A stretch of 64,000 nt of DNA from Perna viridis (Eukaryota), in contig CM074511.1 in NCBI GenBank assembly GCA_037379345.1, forward strand, positions 69,632,862 through 69,696,861, in the 5' to 3' direction. Shown here in pieces: positions 13,531 through 27,606 of the stretch. The notes beneath the pieces are model-generated. The model worked only from the letters and a program-made list of their open reading frames with translations, did not search any database and was not told where the DNA came from. The position numbers and the translations under genes were made by a program. Positions within the stretch are counted from its first letter, which is position 1. Each line of letters starts with the position of its first letter.

Positions 13531-14112
13531 AACACCATTACTTTTGTGGTACTCACTGGGGCTGGGATCCTAATATCACCAATACTTTGGTGGCACTGAC
13601 TGGGCTGCTGGGATCCTAAAAACACCAATACTTTGGTGACACTGGGGCTGGGATTCTGAAATTACCAATACTTTGGTGGCACTGACTGGGACTGGGATCC
13701 TGAAATCACCAATGCTTTGATGACACTCACTGGTGCTGGGATCCTGAAATCACCCATGCTTTGATGACACTCACTGGGGCTGGGATCCTGAAATCACAAA
13801 TACTTCGATGGCATTCACTGGGACTGGGATCCGGAAATCACCAATACATGTACTTATGGCAGTAGCTGAGAACCTGAAATCATCAATACTTTTAGCAGGG
13901 GCTGGGATCCTAAAAGCACTAACACTTGTGACATGGCTTGGATCCTTGGAGCACCAATACTTAATGGCTGGACTGAGATCATAAAAGCTAATGGATGTGT
14001 GGCAGAGGGTCATGCAGTGGTCACAAGGGCTTGGATCATTTGGGCCATACCTTTGGTGGCAGGGCCTTGGATCATAAGAGTAAATTTTATGTTGGCAAGG
14101 GCTTGGATCCTA
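13531..14112. repeat. ~40-44-bp degenerate minisatellite
   Basis: Unit ctgggatcctgaaatcaccaatactttggtggcactgactgggg, decaying rightwards. Confidence 0.85.
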
Positions 14113-15760
14113 TGAACATAACCAAAACAAATAGGAAGATATATACATTTTGTAGTATCTGAACTCCTTGTTACAATTTTTGCATGTATATATACTGAAC
14201 TTTTAGGGTAATATCGAAATTCTAATTTTAAATCATTAAATGGCTTAACATTTTTTTTTTATTTAATCAATTTGAAACCAGAATTAATATTACTACTTCC
14301 AGTTAGGTTAGTAACATGTCTTTTGGGTTTGAATAAAATAGAAACTTAAGATGCTGGATATTGTTTGGATTTCATTAGCAGTATGTTCCTACAGAAACCT
14401 TACAAGGTTTTTTATTTGCTTTTTATCCAACTGATTAAAAATGGTGGCCCATGTCAGCATTCAGACGATTGTGTTAAAAAAGGAATTAAAAGGTGAAATC
14501 AGTCCACTTTTTATTATGAAAAATACAAACTTAGAGAACTAAAGAAAATTAACTATTTCCGTATACCATAATATTAGTTGGTTGTCTGCATTCAGTAGTT
14601 AAGATATGAGTTGGTATTTCATATAGTGTCTTAAAAGCTGATGAATGACTATGGTTTTTTAAATGCACAGATTGAATAATCTTTGTTGAATTGAAACTAC
14701 ATTGATTTTGAACTGCGATTGTGGAGCATTGATCGAGGAGAGGACAGAAGTTATATTGTATTTCTATTAATAGCATCCAAGTATTTACAGTAGTGATTTA
14801 GATTTAGTCCATTTAATATTGGACCATCCGGAGTTTAGTTCGCTTAATTGGACTAGCTATAAAGCTTTCAAATTACTTTATTATAATTTATTCATTAAGG
14901 ATAAGAACCAAATATAAGGTAGGATCTCCCTGTTTGTTACCTGTATTGAGTATTAAGTTTGTTTGGTCAGGCTAATTAAGAATTGATATTGTTTTGCAGT
15001 TTTAACCATTTTCTGTTCAAGAGTTATGTGTTTGAAAGTCAGAAAATGTTTTTTTTTTTTTTTATATTACTACCTTTTTTTACTTACTCATGCTTGGTAG
15101 CAATTAGTATTCCATTTTCTCTTGAGTGAATAACTGCTAGTTTCATTGGTTTAAGTAAAATTTTATTTTTAGACTTGTTGGGGTACAGAATGTATGTCTC
15201 TTATTCGATTTCTATTTCAGTAATTTGCAGATCTGTAGGATTTATGTTAGTGGTCAAATGCCATGAGAATAAGTTTGATATAGCTTTTAAGTCTGTCCTC
15301 ATTGTATGTCTGAAATAGAATTGAAATGTTAATCACATTCTAATTATCTAAAGGAGTGTTTTTATTCTTCATTGATTCATACATTTTTGTTTATATTTAT
15401 CAGTAAATCTGGGTCACTGTGACATCTTGTATAGTTATGATAACAATATATCATTTCCATGAGAAGAAATTTAATTGTTGTCATTTGTCATGGCAAAATA
15501 ACTGTTTATATAGTGATTGGAGGCCATAAATCATTTAAATTTCTTACTTCTTGTATAACATTGTGCTGAATGTCTGTTGTATGAAGTACTCTGATTATGT
15601 GTTAGACCCTTTCAATATGTATGAATGGTGTGAAAAGAAAAAAAAATGAGGTATTTTCGCTTGAAGATAAAAGTGTGTTAGAAAATTTGAAGGTATTTGA
15701 AAAAAAAACTGTTGAAGGAGAGTGGGAACTGCCTCTCCTTTATCAACAACTCTCTATGGC

Positions 15761-16066
15761 TGGTGATTATTATCGAGTATCAAGCATTGTCAGATGTCCT
15801 GAAACTCAAGTTGGTGATTATTATTTAGTACCAAGCATTGTTAGATGTCCCAGAACTCAAGTGGTGATTATTATTTAGTACCAAGCATTGTTAGATGTCC
15901 CAGAACTCAAGTTGGTGATTATTATTTAGTACCAAGCATTGTCAGATGTCCTAAAACTCAAGTTGGTAATTATTATCTACTACCAAGCATTGTCAGATGT
16001 CCTAAAACTCAAGTTGGTAATTATTTATCTACTACCAAACATTGTCAGATGTCCTAAAACTCAAGT
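15761..16066. repeat. 51-bp minisatellite, about 6 copies
   Basis: Unit ttggtgattattatttagtaccaagcattgtcagatgtcctaaaactcaag. Confidence 0.9.
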
Positions 16067-16223
16067 TTTATCTGATAACATAGACAGTCTTGTTTGGGTG
16101 TATTGTTTTGTTAACTTATTTTTAGATGGACAGTCTTGTTCAGGTGTATTTTTTCGTTAACTTATTTGTAGATTTTCTTCTGTAATTTGATGACTACTTC
16201 CCTGTATTTATGACTTCCTTTGG

Positions 16224-16552
16224 TGACATTGTGGTAGAACAGTGAGATAGTAATGACATTGTGGTAGAACAGTGAGATAGTAATGGCATTGTGGTAGAAC
16301 AGTGAGATAGTAATGACATTGTTTGTTTGTCAATAATTTTTTCTAGTCAATGTTATATAGTTGGTTAATAAATTTGTTTTAATGTTCTGAACTGACACAG
16401 AGTTATCATATAGCATTGATAAATTCTGTAAGTGACTTACTGTCATGATGATGACATTATCTGTAAGTGACTTACTGTCATGATGATGACATTATCTGTA
16501 AGTGACCTTCTGTCATGATGATGACATTATCTGTAAGTGACTTTCTGTCATG
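16224..16552. repeat. Two short arrays: 30-bp x3 (16224-16322) and 35-bp x3.5 (16427-16552)
   Basis: Units tgacattgtggtagaacagtgagatagtaa and ctgtaagtgacttactgtcatgatgatgacattat. Confidence 0.88.
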
Positions 16553-16854
16553 GTGTAAGCATGATCAGTACTTTTGCAATGACTGTAAAACTTTTTATTG
16601 AAGATGAATTTATTGGTTTAAAATAAATAAATTTCTCTAGGAATGTTACCTATTTGACCTACTCAAGTTATTTTGATAAATGATGAGCATTGATTTCTCT
16701 GTTTATTTAACCTTAAATGATATTTTTAGGATCAATGTGGACCTAATATTAGTAATTTATTCAATAAGTGTTGTTTTAAACTTGAATTCTGTTATTTTTC
16801 TTACATATATTATTTCACACCATATGGCAACTGTTATTACAGTTGACATCATTG

Positions 16855-19670
16855 GTATTTACAGCCTGTTGGCCGAGTCTGTAGAGTATTAAAGCCTGTT
16901 GGCCGAGTCCGTAGAGTATTACAGCCTGTTTGCCAGGGTCGGTAGAGTATTACGGCCTGTTAGCCAGGGTCTGTAGTGTATTACAGTCTGTTGCCCCAGG
17001 GTCTGTAGAGTATTACAGCCTGTTTCCCCAGGGTCTGTAGAGTATTACAGCCTGTTGCCCCAGGGTCTGTAGAGTATTACAGCCTGTTTCCCCAGGGTCT
17101 GTAGAGTATTACAGCCTGTTGCCCTAGGGTCTGTAGGGTATTACGGCCTGTTAGCCAGGGTCTGTAGTGTATTACAGTCTGTTGCCCCAGGGTCTGTAGA
17201 GTATTACAGCCTGTTTCCCCAGGGTCTGTAGAGTATAACAGCTTGTTTCCCCAGGGTCTGTAGAGTATTACAGCTTGTAGCCCCAGGGTCTGTAGTATAT
17301 TACAGCCTGTTGCCCTAGGGTCTGTAGAGTATTACAGCCTGTTGCCCTAGGGTCTGTAGAGTATTACAGCCTGTTAGCCAGGGTCTGTAGTGTATTACAG
17401 TCTGTTGCCCCAGGGTCTGTAGAGTATTACAGCCTGTTTCCCCAGGGTCTGTAGAGTATTACAGTCTGTTGCCCCAGGGTCTGTAGAGTATTACAGCCTG
17501 TTTCCCCAGGGTCTGTAGAGTATTACAGCTTGTTTCCCCAGGGTCTGTAGAGTATTACAGCTTGTAGCCCCAGGGTCTGTAGAGTATTACAGCCTGTTGC
17601 CCTAGGGTCTGTAGAGTATTACAGCCTGTTGCCCTAGGGTCTGTAGAGTATTACAGCTTGTAGCCCCAGGGTCTGTAGAGTATTACAGCTTGTAGCCCCA
17701 GGGTCTGTAGAGTATTACAGTCTGTTGCCCCAGGTTCTGTAGAGTATTACAGCTTGTAGCCCCAGGGTCTGTAGAGTATTACAGCCTGTTTCCCCAGGGT
17801 CTGTAGAGTATTACAGCCTGTTGCTCTAGGGTCTGTAGAGTATTACAGCCTGTTGCTCCAGGGTCTGTAGAGTATTACAGCCTGTTGCCCCAGGGTCTGT
17901 AGAGTATTTACAGCCTGTTGCCCCAGGGTCTGTAGAGTATTACAGCCTGTTGCCCCAGGGTCTGTAGAGTATTTACAGCCTGTTGCCCCAGGGTCTGTAG
18001 AGTATTACAGCCTGTTGCCCTAGGGTCTGTAGAGTATTTACAGCCTGTTGCCCCAGGGTCTGTAGAGTATTACAGCCTGTTGCCCTAGGGTCTGTAGAGT
18101 ATTACAGTCTGTTGCCCCAGGGTCTGTAGAGTATTACAGCCTGTTGCCCTAGGGTCTGTAGAGTATTTACAGCCTGTTGCCCCAGGGTCTGTAGAGTATT
18201 ACAGCCAGTTGCCCTAGGGTCTGTAGAGTATTACAGTCTGTTGCCCCAGGGTCTGTAGTGTATTACAGTCTGTTGCCCCAGGGTCTGTAGTGTATTACAG
18301 CTTGTAGCCCCAGGGTCTGTAGAGTATTTACAGTCTGTTGCCCCAGGGTCTGTAGAGTATTACAGCCTGTTGCTCTAGGGTCGGTAGAGTATTACAGTCT
18401 GTTGCCCCAGGGTCTGTAGAGTATTACAGCTGTTGCCCCAGGGTCTGTAGTGTATTACAGCCTGTTGCTCTAGGGTCTGTAGTGTATTACAGCCTGTTGC
18501 CCCAGGGTCTGTAGAGTATTACAGCCTGTTGCCCCAGGGTCTGTAGAGTATTTACAGCCTGTTGCCCTAGGGTCTGTAGAGTATTACAGTCTGTTGCCCC
18601 AGGGTCTGTAGTGTATTACAGTCTGTTGCCCCAGGGTCTGTATTGTATTACAGCTTGTAGCCCCAGGGTCTGTAGAGTATTTACAGTCTGTTGCCCCAGG
18701 GTCTGTAGAGTATTACAGCCTGTTGCTCTAGGGTCGGTAGAGTATTACAGTCTGTTGCCCCAGGGTCTGTAGTGTATTACAGTCTGTTGCCCCAGGGTCT
18801 GTAGTGTATTACAGCTTGTAGCCCCAGGGTCTGTAGAGTATTTACAGTCTGTTGCCCCAGGGTCTGTAGAGTATTACAGCCTGTTGCTCTAGGGTCGGTA
18901 GAGTATTACAGTCTGTTGCCCCAGGGTCTGTAGAGTATTACAGTCTGTTGCCCCAGGGTCTGTAGAGTATTACAGTATGTTGCCCCAGGGTCTGTAGAGT
19001 ATTACAGCCTGTTGCTCTAGGGTCTGTAGAGTATTACAGCTTGTAGTCCCAGGGTCTGTAGAGTATTACAGCTTGTAGTCCCAGGGTCTGTAGAGTATTA
19101 CAGCCTGTTGCTCTAGGGTCTGTAGAGTATTACAGCCTGTTGCCCTAGGGTCTGTAGAGTATTACAGCCTGTTGCTCTAGGGTCTGTAGAGTATTACAGC
19201 CTGTTTCCCTAGGGTCTGTAGAGTATTACAGCTTGTTTCCCCAGGGTCTGTAGAGTATTACAGCCTGTTGCCCTAGGGTCTGTAGAGTATTACAGCCTGT
19301 TGCTCTAGGGTCTGTAGAGTATTACAGCCTGTTGCCCTAGGGTCTGTAGAGTATTACAGTCTGTTGCCCCAGGGTCTGTAGAGTATTACAGCCTGTTGCT
19401 CTAGGGTCTGTAGTGTATTACAGCCTGTTGCCCTAGGGTCTGTAGAGTATTACAGCCTGTTGCCCTAGGGTCTGTAGAGTATTACAGCCTGTTGCCCCAG
19501 GGTCTGTAGAGTATTACAGCCTGTTGCCCCAGGGTCTGTAGAGTATTACAGCTTGTAGCCCCAGGGTCTGTAGAGTATTACAGCCTGTTGCCCAGGATTT
19601 GTAGAGTATTACAGCCTGTTGTCTAGGGTCTGTAGAGTATTACAGCCTGTTGCCCGAGGGTCTGTAGAGT
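16855..19670. repeat. 32-bp satellite array, roughly 88 copies
   Basis: Unit gtattacagcctgttgccccagggtctgtaga with a few recurring variants. Confidence 0.97.
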
Positions 19671-19993
19671 AAGTCTTTGTTGTCTTCTTTCATGGGTTTT
19701 TGATAGTGGTCAGTCTGTCTGTAGCCCTGGTGTCTGTATAGTAAGTCTTATCTTCTGTTATGGGTTTGTAGTAGTGGTCAGTCTGTCTGTAGCCCCGGTG
19801 TCTGTAGAGTAAGTCTTTCTTATCTTCTGTTATGGATTTGTAGTAGTGGTCAGTCTGTCTGTAGCCCTGGTGTCTGTAAAGTAAGTTTTATCTTCTGTGA
19901 TGGGTTTGTAGTAGTGGTCAGTCTGTCTGTAGGCCTGGTGTCTGTGGAGTAAGTCTTATCTTCTGTTATGGGTTTGTGGTAGTGGTCAGTCTG
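19660..19993. repeat. 68-72-bp minisatellite, about 5 copies
   Basis: Unit gtaagtcttatcttctgttatgggtttgtagtagtggtcagtctgtctgtagccctggtgtctgtaga. Confidence 0.88.
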
Positions 19994-20863
19994 ACCATGT
20001 CAGGTCGTCTTAAAAATACCAACAAGATTTTCTAATTTTGGTAAGATAATGGTTTTCATAGTTTGTGTTTAGTAATGATTGTTGGTAACTTGTTTTGTTT
20101 ACTTGCTCATTTTATCTTCATTTAATCCATTCATCTGTAATGTTTCAGTAAAAGCTTTCATGAACTACATATAATCTGGAACTCATTTGAGAATTTACTT
20201 CTACACTATTGTTTAATTTTCTATAAAATTTGCAAACTGAAGAATGATAAGTTTTTTTTTCATAGTTGTGTAATTCATAATTGCAGAACATGTGAATCCA
20301 AGGGGAAACTTTACTGCACAACATGAGTAATCAGTCTGAAAAATGGAATCAAGATTTCTATTAAATGCAATCATTTTACATTTTTGTCTAAGCTATAAGG
20401 GTATGAATGCCCCATCAATCTTTCTTTTTCCTCAAACAAATGGCATTAATATTCAAGTTCCAATATTCGGTCAAATGAAGAGTTTTTATTAGTCATGCAA
20501 ACATGAACACTATCTCTAACCTGAAACTATAAAAGTCATGTTTAATCTCAGCTTTAGTAAGTCTTCCTCAAGAGATAATTATAACTGATTGAGTCATTTG
20601 AACAAACTTTTGATCCTGTAAGGATGTTAAATTACTTATTGTTTATAACATGTGTCTTAATCTGTCTAAACCTTTTGACAGTTGGTTAATCCTTCCATAT
20701 GTTAGCAGTTTTCATCATCTAGGATAACCCTAGTTTTCATAATTGTAATGGATGTGAGATACGAGTATTTGCCATTCTAGGACCATGTAAGGTAATCTGA
20801 TGTAGAATACCAGTATCTTTTATCCTAATGCTGTGCTTCAATCAGTGTAAAAATGTGGTTTGA

Positions 20864-23800
20864 TCTGTGAAACCCAGGACCATGTTTTCACTGATGTAAT
20901 CTGGTGTGTGATGCCAATATCTGTGAAACCCAGGACTATATTTTCACTGATGAAATCTGGTGTGTGATATTAGTATCTTTGAAACCCAGGACCATACCCA
21001 GGACTATATTTCCACTGATGAAATCTGGTGTGTGATACCAGTATCTTTGAAACCCAGGACCATATTTTCACTGATGTAATCTGGTGTGTGATACCAATAT
21101 CTGTGAAACCCAGGACCATGTTTTCAGTGATGTAATCTGGTGTGTGATACCAATATCTGTGAAACCCAGGACCATGTTTTCACTGATGTAATCTGGTGTG
21201 TGATACCAATATCTGTGAAACCCAGGACCATGTTTTCAGTGATGTAATCTGGTGTGTGATACCAATATCTGTGAAACCCAGGACCATGTTTTCAGTGATG
21301 TAATCTGGTGTGTGATACCAATATCTGTGAAACCCAGGACCATGTTTTCAGTGATGTAATCTGGTGTGTGATACCAATATCTGTGAAACCCAGGACCATG
21401 TTTTCAGTGATGTAATCTGGTGTGTGATACCATTATCTGTGAAACCCAGGACCATGTTTTCAGTGATGTAATCTGGTGTGTGATACCAATATCTGTGAAA
21501 CCCAGGACCATGTTTTCAGTGATGTAATCTGGTGTGTGATACCAATATCTGTGAAACCCAGGACCATGTTTTCACTGATGTAATCTGGTGTGTGATACCA
21601 ATATCTGTGAAACCCAGGACCATGTTTTCACTGATGTAATCTGGTGTGTGATACCAATATCTGTGAAACCCAGGACCATGTTTTCACTGATGTAATCTGG
21701 TGTGTGATACCAATATCTGTGAAACCCAGGACCATGTTTTCACTGATGTAATCTGGTGTGTGATACCAATATCTGTGAAACCCAGGACCATGTTTTCACT
21801 GATGTAATCTGGTGTGTGATACCAATATCTGTGAAACCCAGGACCATGTTTTCACTGATGTAATCTGGTGTGTGATACCAGTATCTGTGAAACCCAGGAC
21901 CATGTTTTCACTGATGTAATCTGGTGTGTGATACCAGTATCTGTGAAACCCAGGACCATGTTTTTAGTGATGTAATCTGGTGTGTGATACCAATATCTGT
22001 GAAACCCAGGACCATGTTTTTAGTGATGTAATCTGGTGTGTGATACCAATATCTGTGAAACCCAGGACCATGTTTTCACTGATGTAATCTGGTGTGTGAT
22101 ACCAGTATCTGTGAAACCCAGGACCATGTTTTCACTGATGTAATCTGGTGTGTGATACCAATATCTGTGAAACCCAGGACCATGTTTTCAGTGATGTAAT
22201 CTGGTGTGTGATACCAATATCTGTGAAACCCAGGACCATGTTTTCAGTGATGTAATCTGGTGTGTGATACCAATATCTGTGAAACCCAGGACCATGTTTT
22301 CAGTGATGTAATCTGGTGTGTGATACCAATATCTGTGAAACCCAGGACCATGTTTTTAGTGATGTAATCTGGTGTGTGATACCAATATCTGTGAAACCCA
22401 GGACCATGTTTTCAGTGATGTAATCTGGTGTGTGATACCAATATCTGTGAAACCCAGGACCATGTTTTCAGTGATGTAATCTGGTGTGTGATACCAATAT
22501 CTGTGAAATCCAGGACCATGTTTTCACTGATGTAATCTGGTGTGTGATACCAATATCTGTGAAACCCAGGACCATGTTTTCAGTGATGTAATCTGGTGTG
22601 TGATACCAATATCTGTGAAACCCAGGACCATATTTTCAGTGATGTAATCTGGTGTGTGATACCAATATCTGTGAAACCCAGGACCATATTTTCAGTGATG
22701 TAATCTGGTGTGTGATACCAATATCTGTGAAACCCAGGACCATGTTTTCAGTGATGTAATCTGGTGTGTGATACCAATATCTGTGAAACCCAGGACCATG
22801 TTTTCAGTGATGTAATCTGGTGTGTGATACCAATATCTGTGAAACCCAGGACCATATTTTCACTGATGTAATCTGGTGTGTGATACCAATATCTGTGAAA
22901 CCCAGGACCATGTTTTCAGTGATGTAATCTGGTGTGTGATACCAATATCTGTGAAACCCAGGACCATATTTTCACTGATGTAATCTGGTGTGTGATACCA
23001 ATATCTGTGAAACCCAGGACCATATTTTCACTGATGTAATCTGGTGTGTGATACCAATATCTGTGAAACCCAGGACCATGTTTTCACTGATGTAATCTGG
23101 TGTGTGATACCAGTATCTTTGAAACCCAGGACCATGTTTTCACTGATGTAATCTGGTGTGTGATACCAGTATCTGTGAAACCCAGGACCATGTTTTCACT
23201 GATGTAATCTGGTGTGTGATACCAATATCTGTGAAACCCAGGACCATGTTTTCAGTGATGTAATCTGGTGTGTGATACCAATATCTGTGAAACCCAGGAC
23301 CATGTTTTCACTGATGTAATCTGGTGTGTGATACCAATATCTGTGAAACCCAGGACCATGTTTTCAGTGATGTAATCTGGTGTGTGATACCAATATCTGT
23401 GAAACCCAGGACCATGTTTTCAGTGATGTAATCTGGTGTGTGATACCAATATCTGTGAAACCCAGGACCATGTTTTCAGTGATGTAATCTGGTGTGTGAT
23501 ACCAGTATCTGTGAAACCCAGGACCATGTTTTCAGTGATGTAATCTGGTGTGTGATACCAATATCTGTGAAACCCAGGACCATGTTTTCAGTGATGTAAT
23601 CTGGTGTGTGATACCAATATCTGTGAAACCCAGGACCATGTTTTCACTGATGTAATCTGGTGTGTGATACCAATATCTGTGAAACCCAGGACCATGTTTT
23701 CACTGATGTAATCTGGTGTGTGATACCAATATCTGTGAAACCCAGGACCATGTTTTCACTGATGTAATCTGGTGTGTGATACCAATATCTGTGAAACCCA

Positions 23801-24264
23801 GGACCATGTTTTCACTGATGTAATCTGGTGTGTGATACCAGTATCTGTGAAACCCAGGACCATGTTTTCACTGATGTAATCTGGTGTGTGATACCAATAT
23901 CTGTGAAACCCAGGACCATGTTTTCACTGATGTAATCTGGTGTGTGATACCAATATCTGTGAAACCCAGGACCATGTTTTCACTGATGTAATCTGGTGTG
24001 TGATACCAGTATCTGTGAAACCCAGGACCATGTTTTCAGTGATGTAATCTGGTGTGTGATACCAATATCTGTGAAACCCAGGACCATGTTTTTAGTGATG
24101 TAATCTGGTGTGTGATACCAATATCTGTGAAACCCAGGACCATGTTTTTAGTGATGTAATCTGGTGTGTGATACCAGTATCTGTGAAACCCAGGACCATG
24201 TTTTCAGTGATGTAATCTGGTGTGTGATACCAGTATCTGTGAAACCCAGGACCATGTTTTCACT
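20864..24264. repeat. 56-bp satellite array, roughly 60 near-identical copies
   Basis: Unit tctgtgaaacccaggaccatgttttca(c/g)tgatgtaatctggtgtgtgatacca(a/g)ta; degenerate units on both flanks. Confidence 0.97.
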
Positions 24265-25911
24265 AGTTAAGTCTTGTATTGGATACCAGTCTCTTGGTTG
24301 CTATGATCGTTTTTCACCACTTAAATGTGGTGTGGGATACAAGAGGGTGACTCCATTGAAGTCATGAACTTTGATTTAGTGGTATTATTGAAGTCATGGT
24401 GGTAAAGTTAGGTGCCTGAAGGTGAGAGTTTTTTTTTTATAGAAGACAGATGTTAGTGCTATCTGAGGTATATTTTTGGCACAGTGATACTGATAACATC
24501 ACATAACTATAGTTTTACCTTGCCAAATTCTTAGTACTACATTTCTTCTGTATTTTCTTGTGCAGTATTTATTGTTCCTTTTGATAGGAATCAATGCTTT
24601 GATGATCAATAAGTTCTCAAGTGACCTGTGATAATACCTGATAACTTTTTCATGATTTTTCTGTACATTCTGTTTTTCTATGATATACTATTATAAGAGG
24701 TTGTATAAAGACTAGCCTGGTATTTATTTCTTAGATAGGTGAGATATTAAACAATTATATACCACAGATTTTGACCAGAAATCAGTCTTTCTGATTAATA
24801 TTTAGGTACAAGTGATTAACTTTATGCAGCAAACAGTTTCTTAAAACTCAAAATTCCTCAATAATTACTTTTAAGAAGGAACATATTTTACTGATTGTAT
24901 GAATGATTTATAATGTACAGTATATTGATAGGAAAAGTTAAGGACATACTGAATTGTCACTGGAAGTTGTGTTTTGGGGTACTTTTTGTAGACCATACTA
25001 CGTTCATTTAATCAATACATTGAACAATGCACCTGTAAAATTTATTCGATTATTTCAAGCAGGTTTGAGGCCAATTTTTCCTCAAATTTAATGCATCACT
25101 GTAAGAATTGACCCTGGTTTTTTCTTCAATGAATTACTGAAATGAATCCTGTTGTCCTTGTTATTTTTTCAATAATTTAGTTTTTAATGTATCGATTGAC
25201 TCATTGACATTTATTTAATACTTCAAAGAAAAAAAATATCAATATGAAAATAGTTCTAATGCAATGACACTATTGGAAACACTTTATAGACATTTAATCT
25301 GAAAATTTTTCCTCTTGTTATATCACATGCTAAAAAACAGTCATCATCAATTTTGGAATTTCAAAATCATGAAAAATGGAGATGACTCAGTGTGGATTTT
25401 CTGCTGCTTAACAAGGCATTGAAATATTATTTACTTGTAAAATTGATGAGTTGTTTTGTCAGTCTACTGCTGTTAATTGTGTTTCATGAATATTTAATGT
25501 TTTAAAACAGAAGAATCTCTAGGTATGAACTTATGTAAACATGTCATGGATTCCTGGATATGGAGCTAGTTACATGCAATGTGGGCAGGATTGTAGGATA
25601 ATTGATGTTTGAAATTATTTCACCTTGTCACTAATTGGTCCCACAAGGACTCTTATATATCTTTTAGCAGATCTTGTATCCTCCATTGGAAGCAAGACTT
25701 TTTATTCGTTCTGATTCATAAACCTAGAGAGTTTAGATAGCTTAATCATGTACATGTAAATTAAATTTTAGAGCAAGTTTTTTAAAGGAACTCTGAAATG
25801 TCACAGATCACGTAATGGAATGTTTTCTTTAGTTAATCTGTGCTATGATGAAGGCATCAATTCTCTGTGATTAAGTAATACAATATAATCATGATTGATC
25901 CTCTTCATCAT

Positions 25912-25975
25912 GTGTCGCCTGAATATAGCTGAAATGTTGCTGCTCGGGTGTTAAACCCCAACAAACAAACAAAAA
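25912..25975 (+). mobile_element. 5'-truncated SINE/LINE 3' end with (CAAA)n tail and 10-bp TSD
   Basis: tcgcctgaatatagctgaaatgttgctgctcgggtgttaaaccccaacaaacaaac, flanked by the direct repeat tcttcatcat (25902-25911 and 25976-25985). Second copy at 38692. Confidence 0.85.
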
Positions 25976-26654
25976 TCTTCATCATATTTCTTTTGATGAA
26001 TTTCTTTTTCAAAAAGGAATTTAATTCTGGTATTATTTATAGTTGTTTACCGTGGATACCCAGTACACATCCACCAGATGTGACCTTTGATATGGTCATT
26101 TTACAGTGTTCCTGGGGACCTCCTTCAATCTTGTCAGCTCTAGGGGAGTGGTCAATAGACCAACATAGTTGGCTGTAAGTTATTTCTCACTATTTACTAC
26201 AACTATTCTTTTATCGTCTTCTTTTCTATATTCTGAACTAAAGTTTGGGGAATATTTGTTTGATTGTTTTAGAGGTGTTTATTGAGTGGAATTTCATTGA
26301 ATCTTTTATTTTTTTCTCTTTTTTGCACATTTATGTGTGAGGCCTAGAAAAAGTCATTAAGATTAATTTGATATTTATAATGATTATATTGTTGACATTT
26401 GATTGTTTGAAAGGGTCTTTAATTCATGTGTTATTAGGTATTAATATATCTTTCTGTTGAATCAGTTTTATACATCATTGAGTCAGTTTTTGATGAAGTG
26501 ATATTTTGGGATATAATGTACTTTAGCATTTAGAGAATTGTTTTAATGTTTCACTGCTCTGAAATTAGTAAAATAAGCCCATTTTGGTTAAGGCAGTCAC
26601 TACTTCTCTTTCAAGCCCATGGTATTTTAGGGGTAGAGAGATGGAATAAGAATA

Positions 26655-26825
26655 ATATGTACGATTAGGATGACATGTCTACCTGCAGGCTGTTGCTTCT
26701 GTGAGGTAGCAAAATTAAGATCCAGCTCAGCATGTTGGTACTAGCACAAAGCAGGGTCTGTTCAATTGGTCAATCGTTCTTCTACAGAAATCTGCCATAA
26801 TACATTAAACCATAATAAATCAATA
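26655..26825 (+). mobile_element. Degenerate SINE body (resembles a conserved molluscan SINE central domain)
   Basis: gacatgtctacctgcaggctgttgcttctgtgaggtagcaaaattaagatccagctcagcatgttggtactagcacaaagc; recognised from memory, not searched. Confidence 0.5.
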
Positions 26826-27606
26826 TGTCAATATTTCAAGGATGGCTTGTAAATTTCTTCTAAAAGTGTAATGTAAGGCTGCCTTCTGATGAAAACATTT
26901 ATAGTAAACTTTATGCATTGTGAGATTTTTAGTATTATATGGTGAAAAAAAAATTGTGGTGATTGGATATTCCCCTGTAGGTTATACTATAAATATTCCG
27001 AACTATGTTAATAGGAGTTTTGTATACTTGAGTGTGGCTGTTTACTTATACTTCAAATTATGATCCCAGAGAATTACTTTAAAACCAGGCGATAAAATAG
27101 GATTCACAAGATGTCCACAAAGCTAGATTTTGAACTATGATTCCTGAGATGTCTTGACCTATATATCAATTGTTAGAAGGATCTAAGTATAATTCACTTA
27201 ATGATCTTAGTTTTTTAGTGTAGTTTGTAGACATCTTTTTACTTTAATTACTTGGTATTTTATAACTTTAACATGTCAAATAAATCAATGCTTTTGTCTT
27301 AGTAGATCTATGTTGTCTTCAGGGATTAGAGAATTGAATTAATGCCAAAAATATGACTTTGTTTTAAATTTCAATAAACTAATTGATCTTTTTGTGGTTA
27401 AACTGTCAGTTTTAAGGATTTTCATTAAGCTTGAAGTTGTTTTCACATGCCTATTCCACTGTGAAGAAAGTTATGTTTTAATTCAATCCATTGTTTCTCT
27501 AATGTTTCCTCTTTCCTGTCATAACTATGATGATTCCTTTGTATGTTATTTCTGTAATCAATTCTCTGTGTTAAGTGATTGGGCTGTTTTTCTTCAACAG
27601 ACTTCG

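Noticed and set aside
16855-24264. Regular 32-bp and 56-bp repeats as a possible CRISPR array
   Set aside because: Head-to-tail units with no unique spacers, no cas genes, and a eukaryotic intron context.
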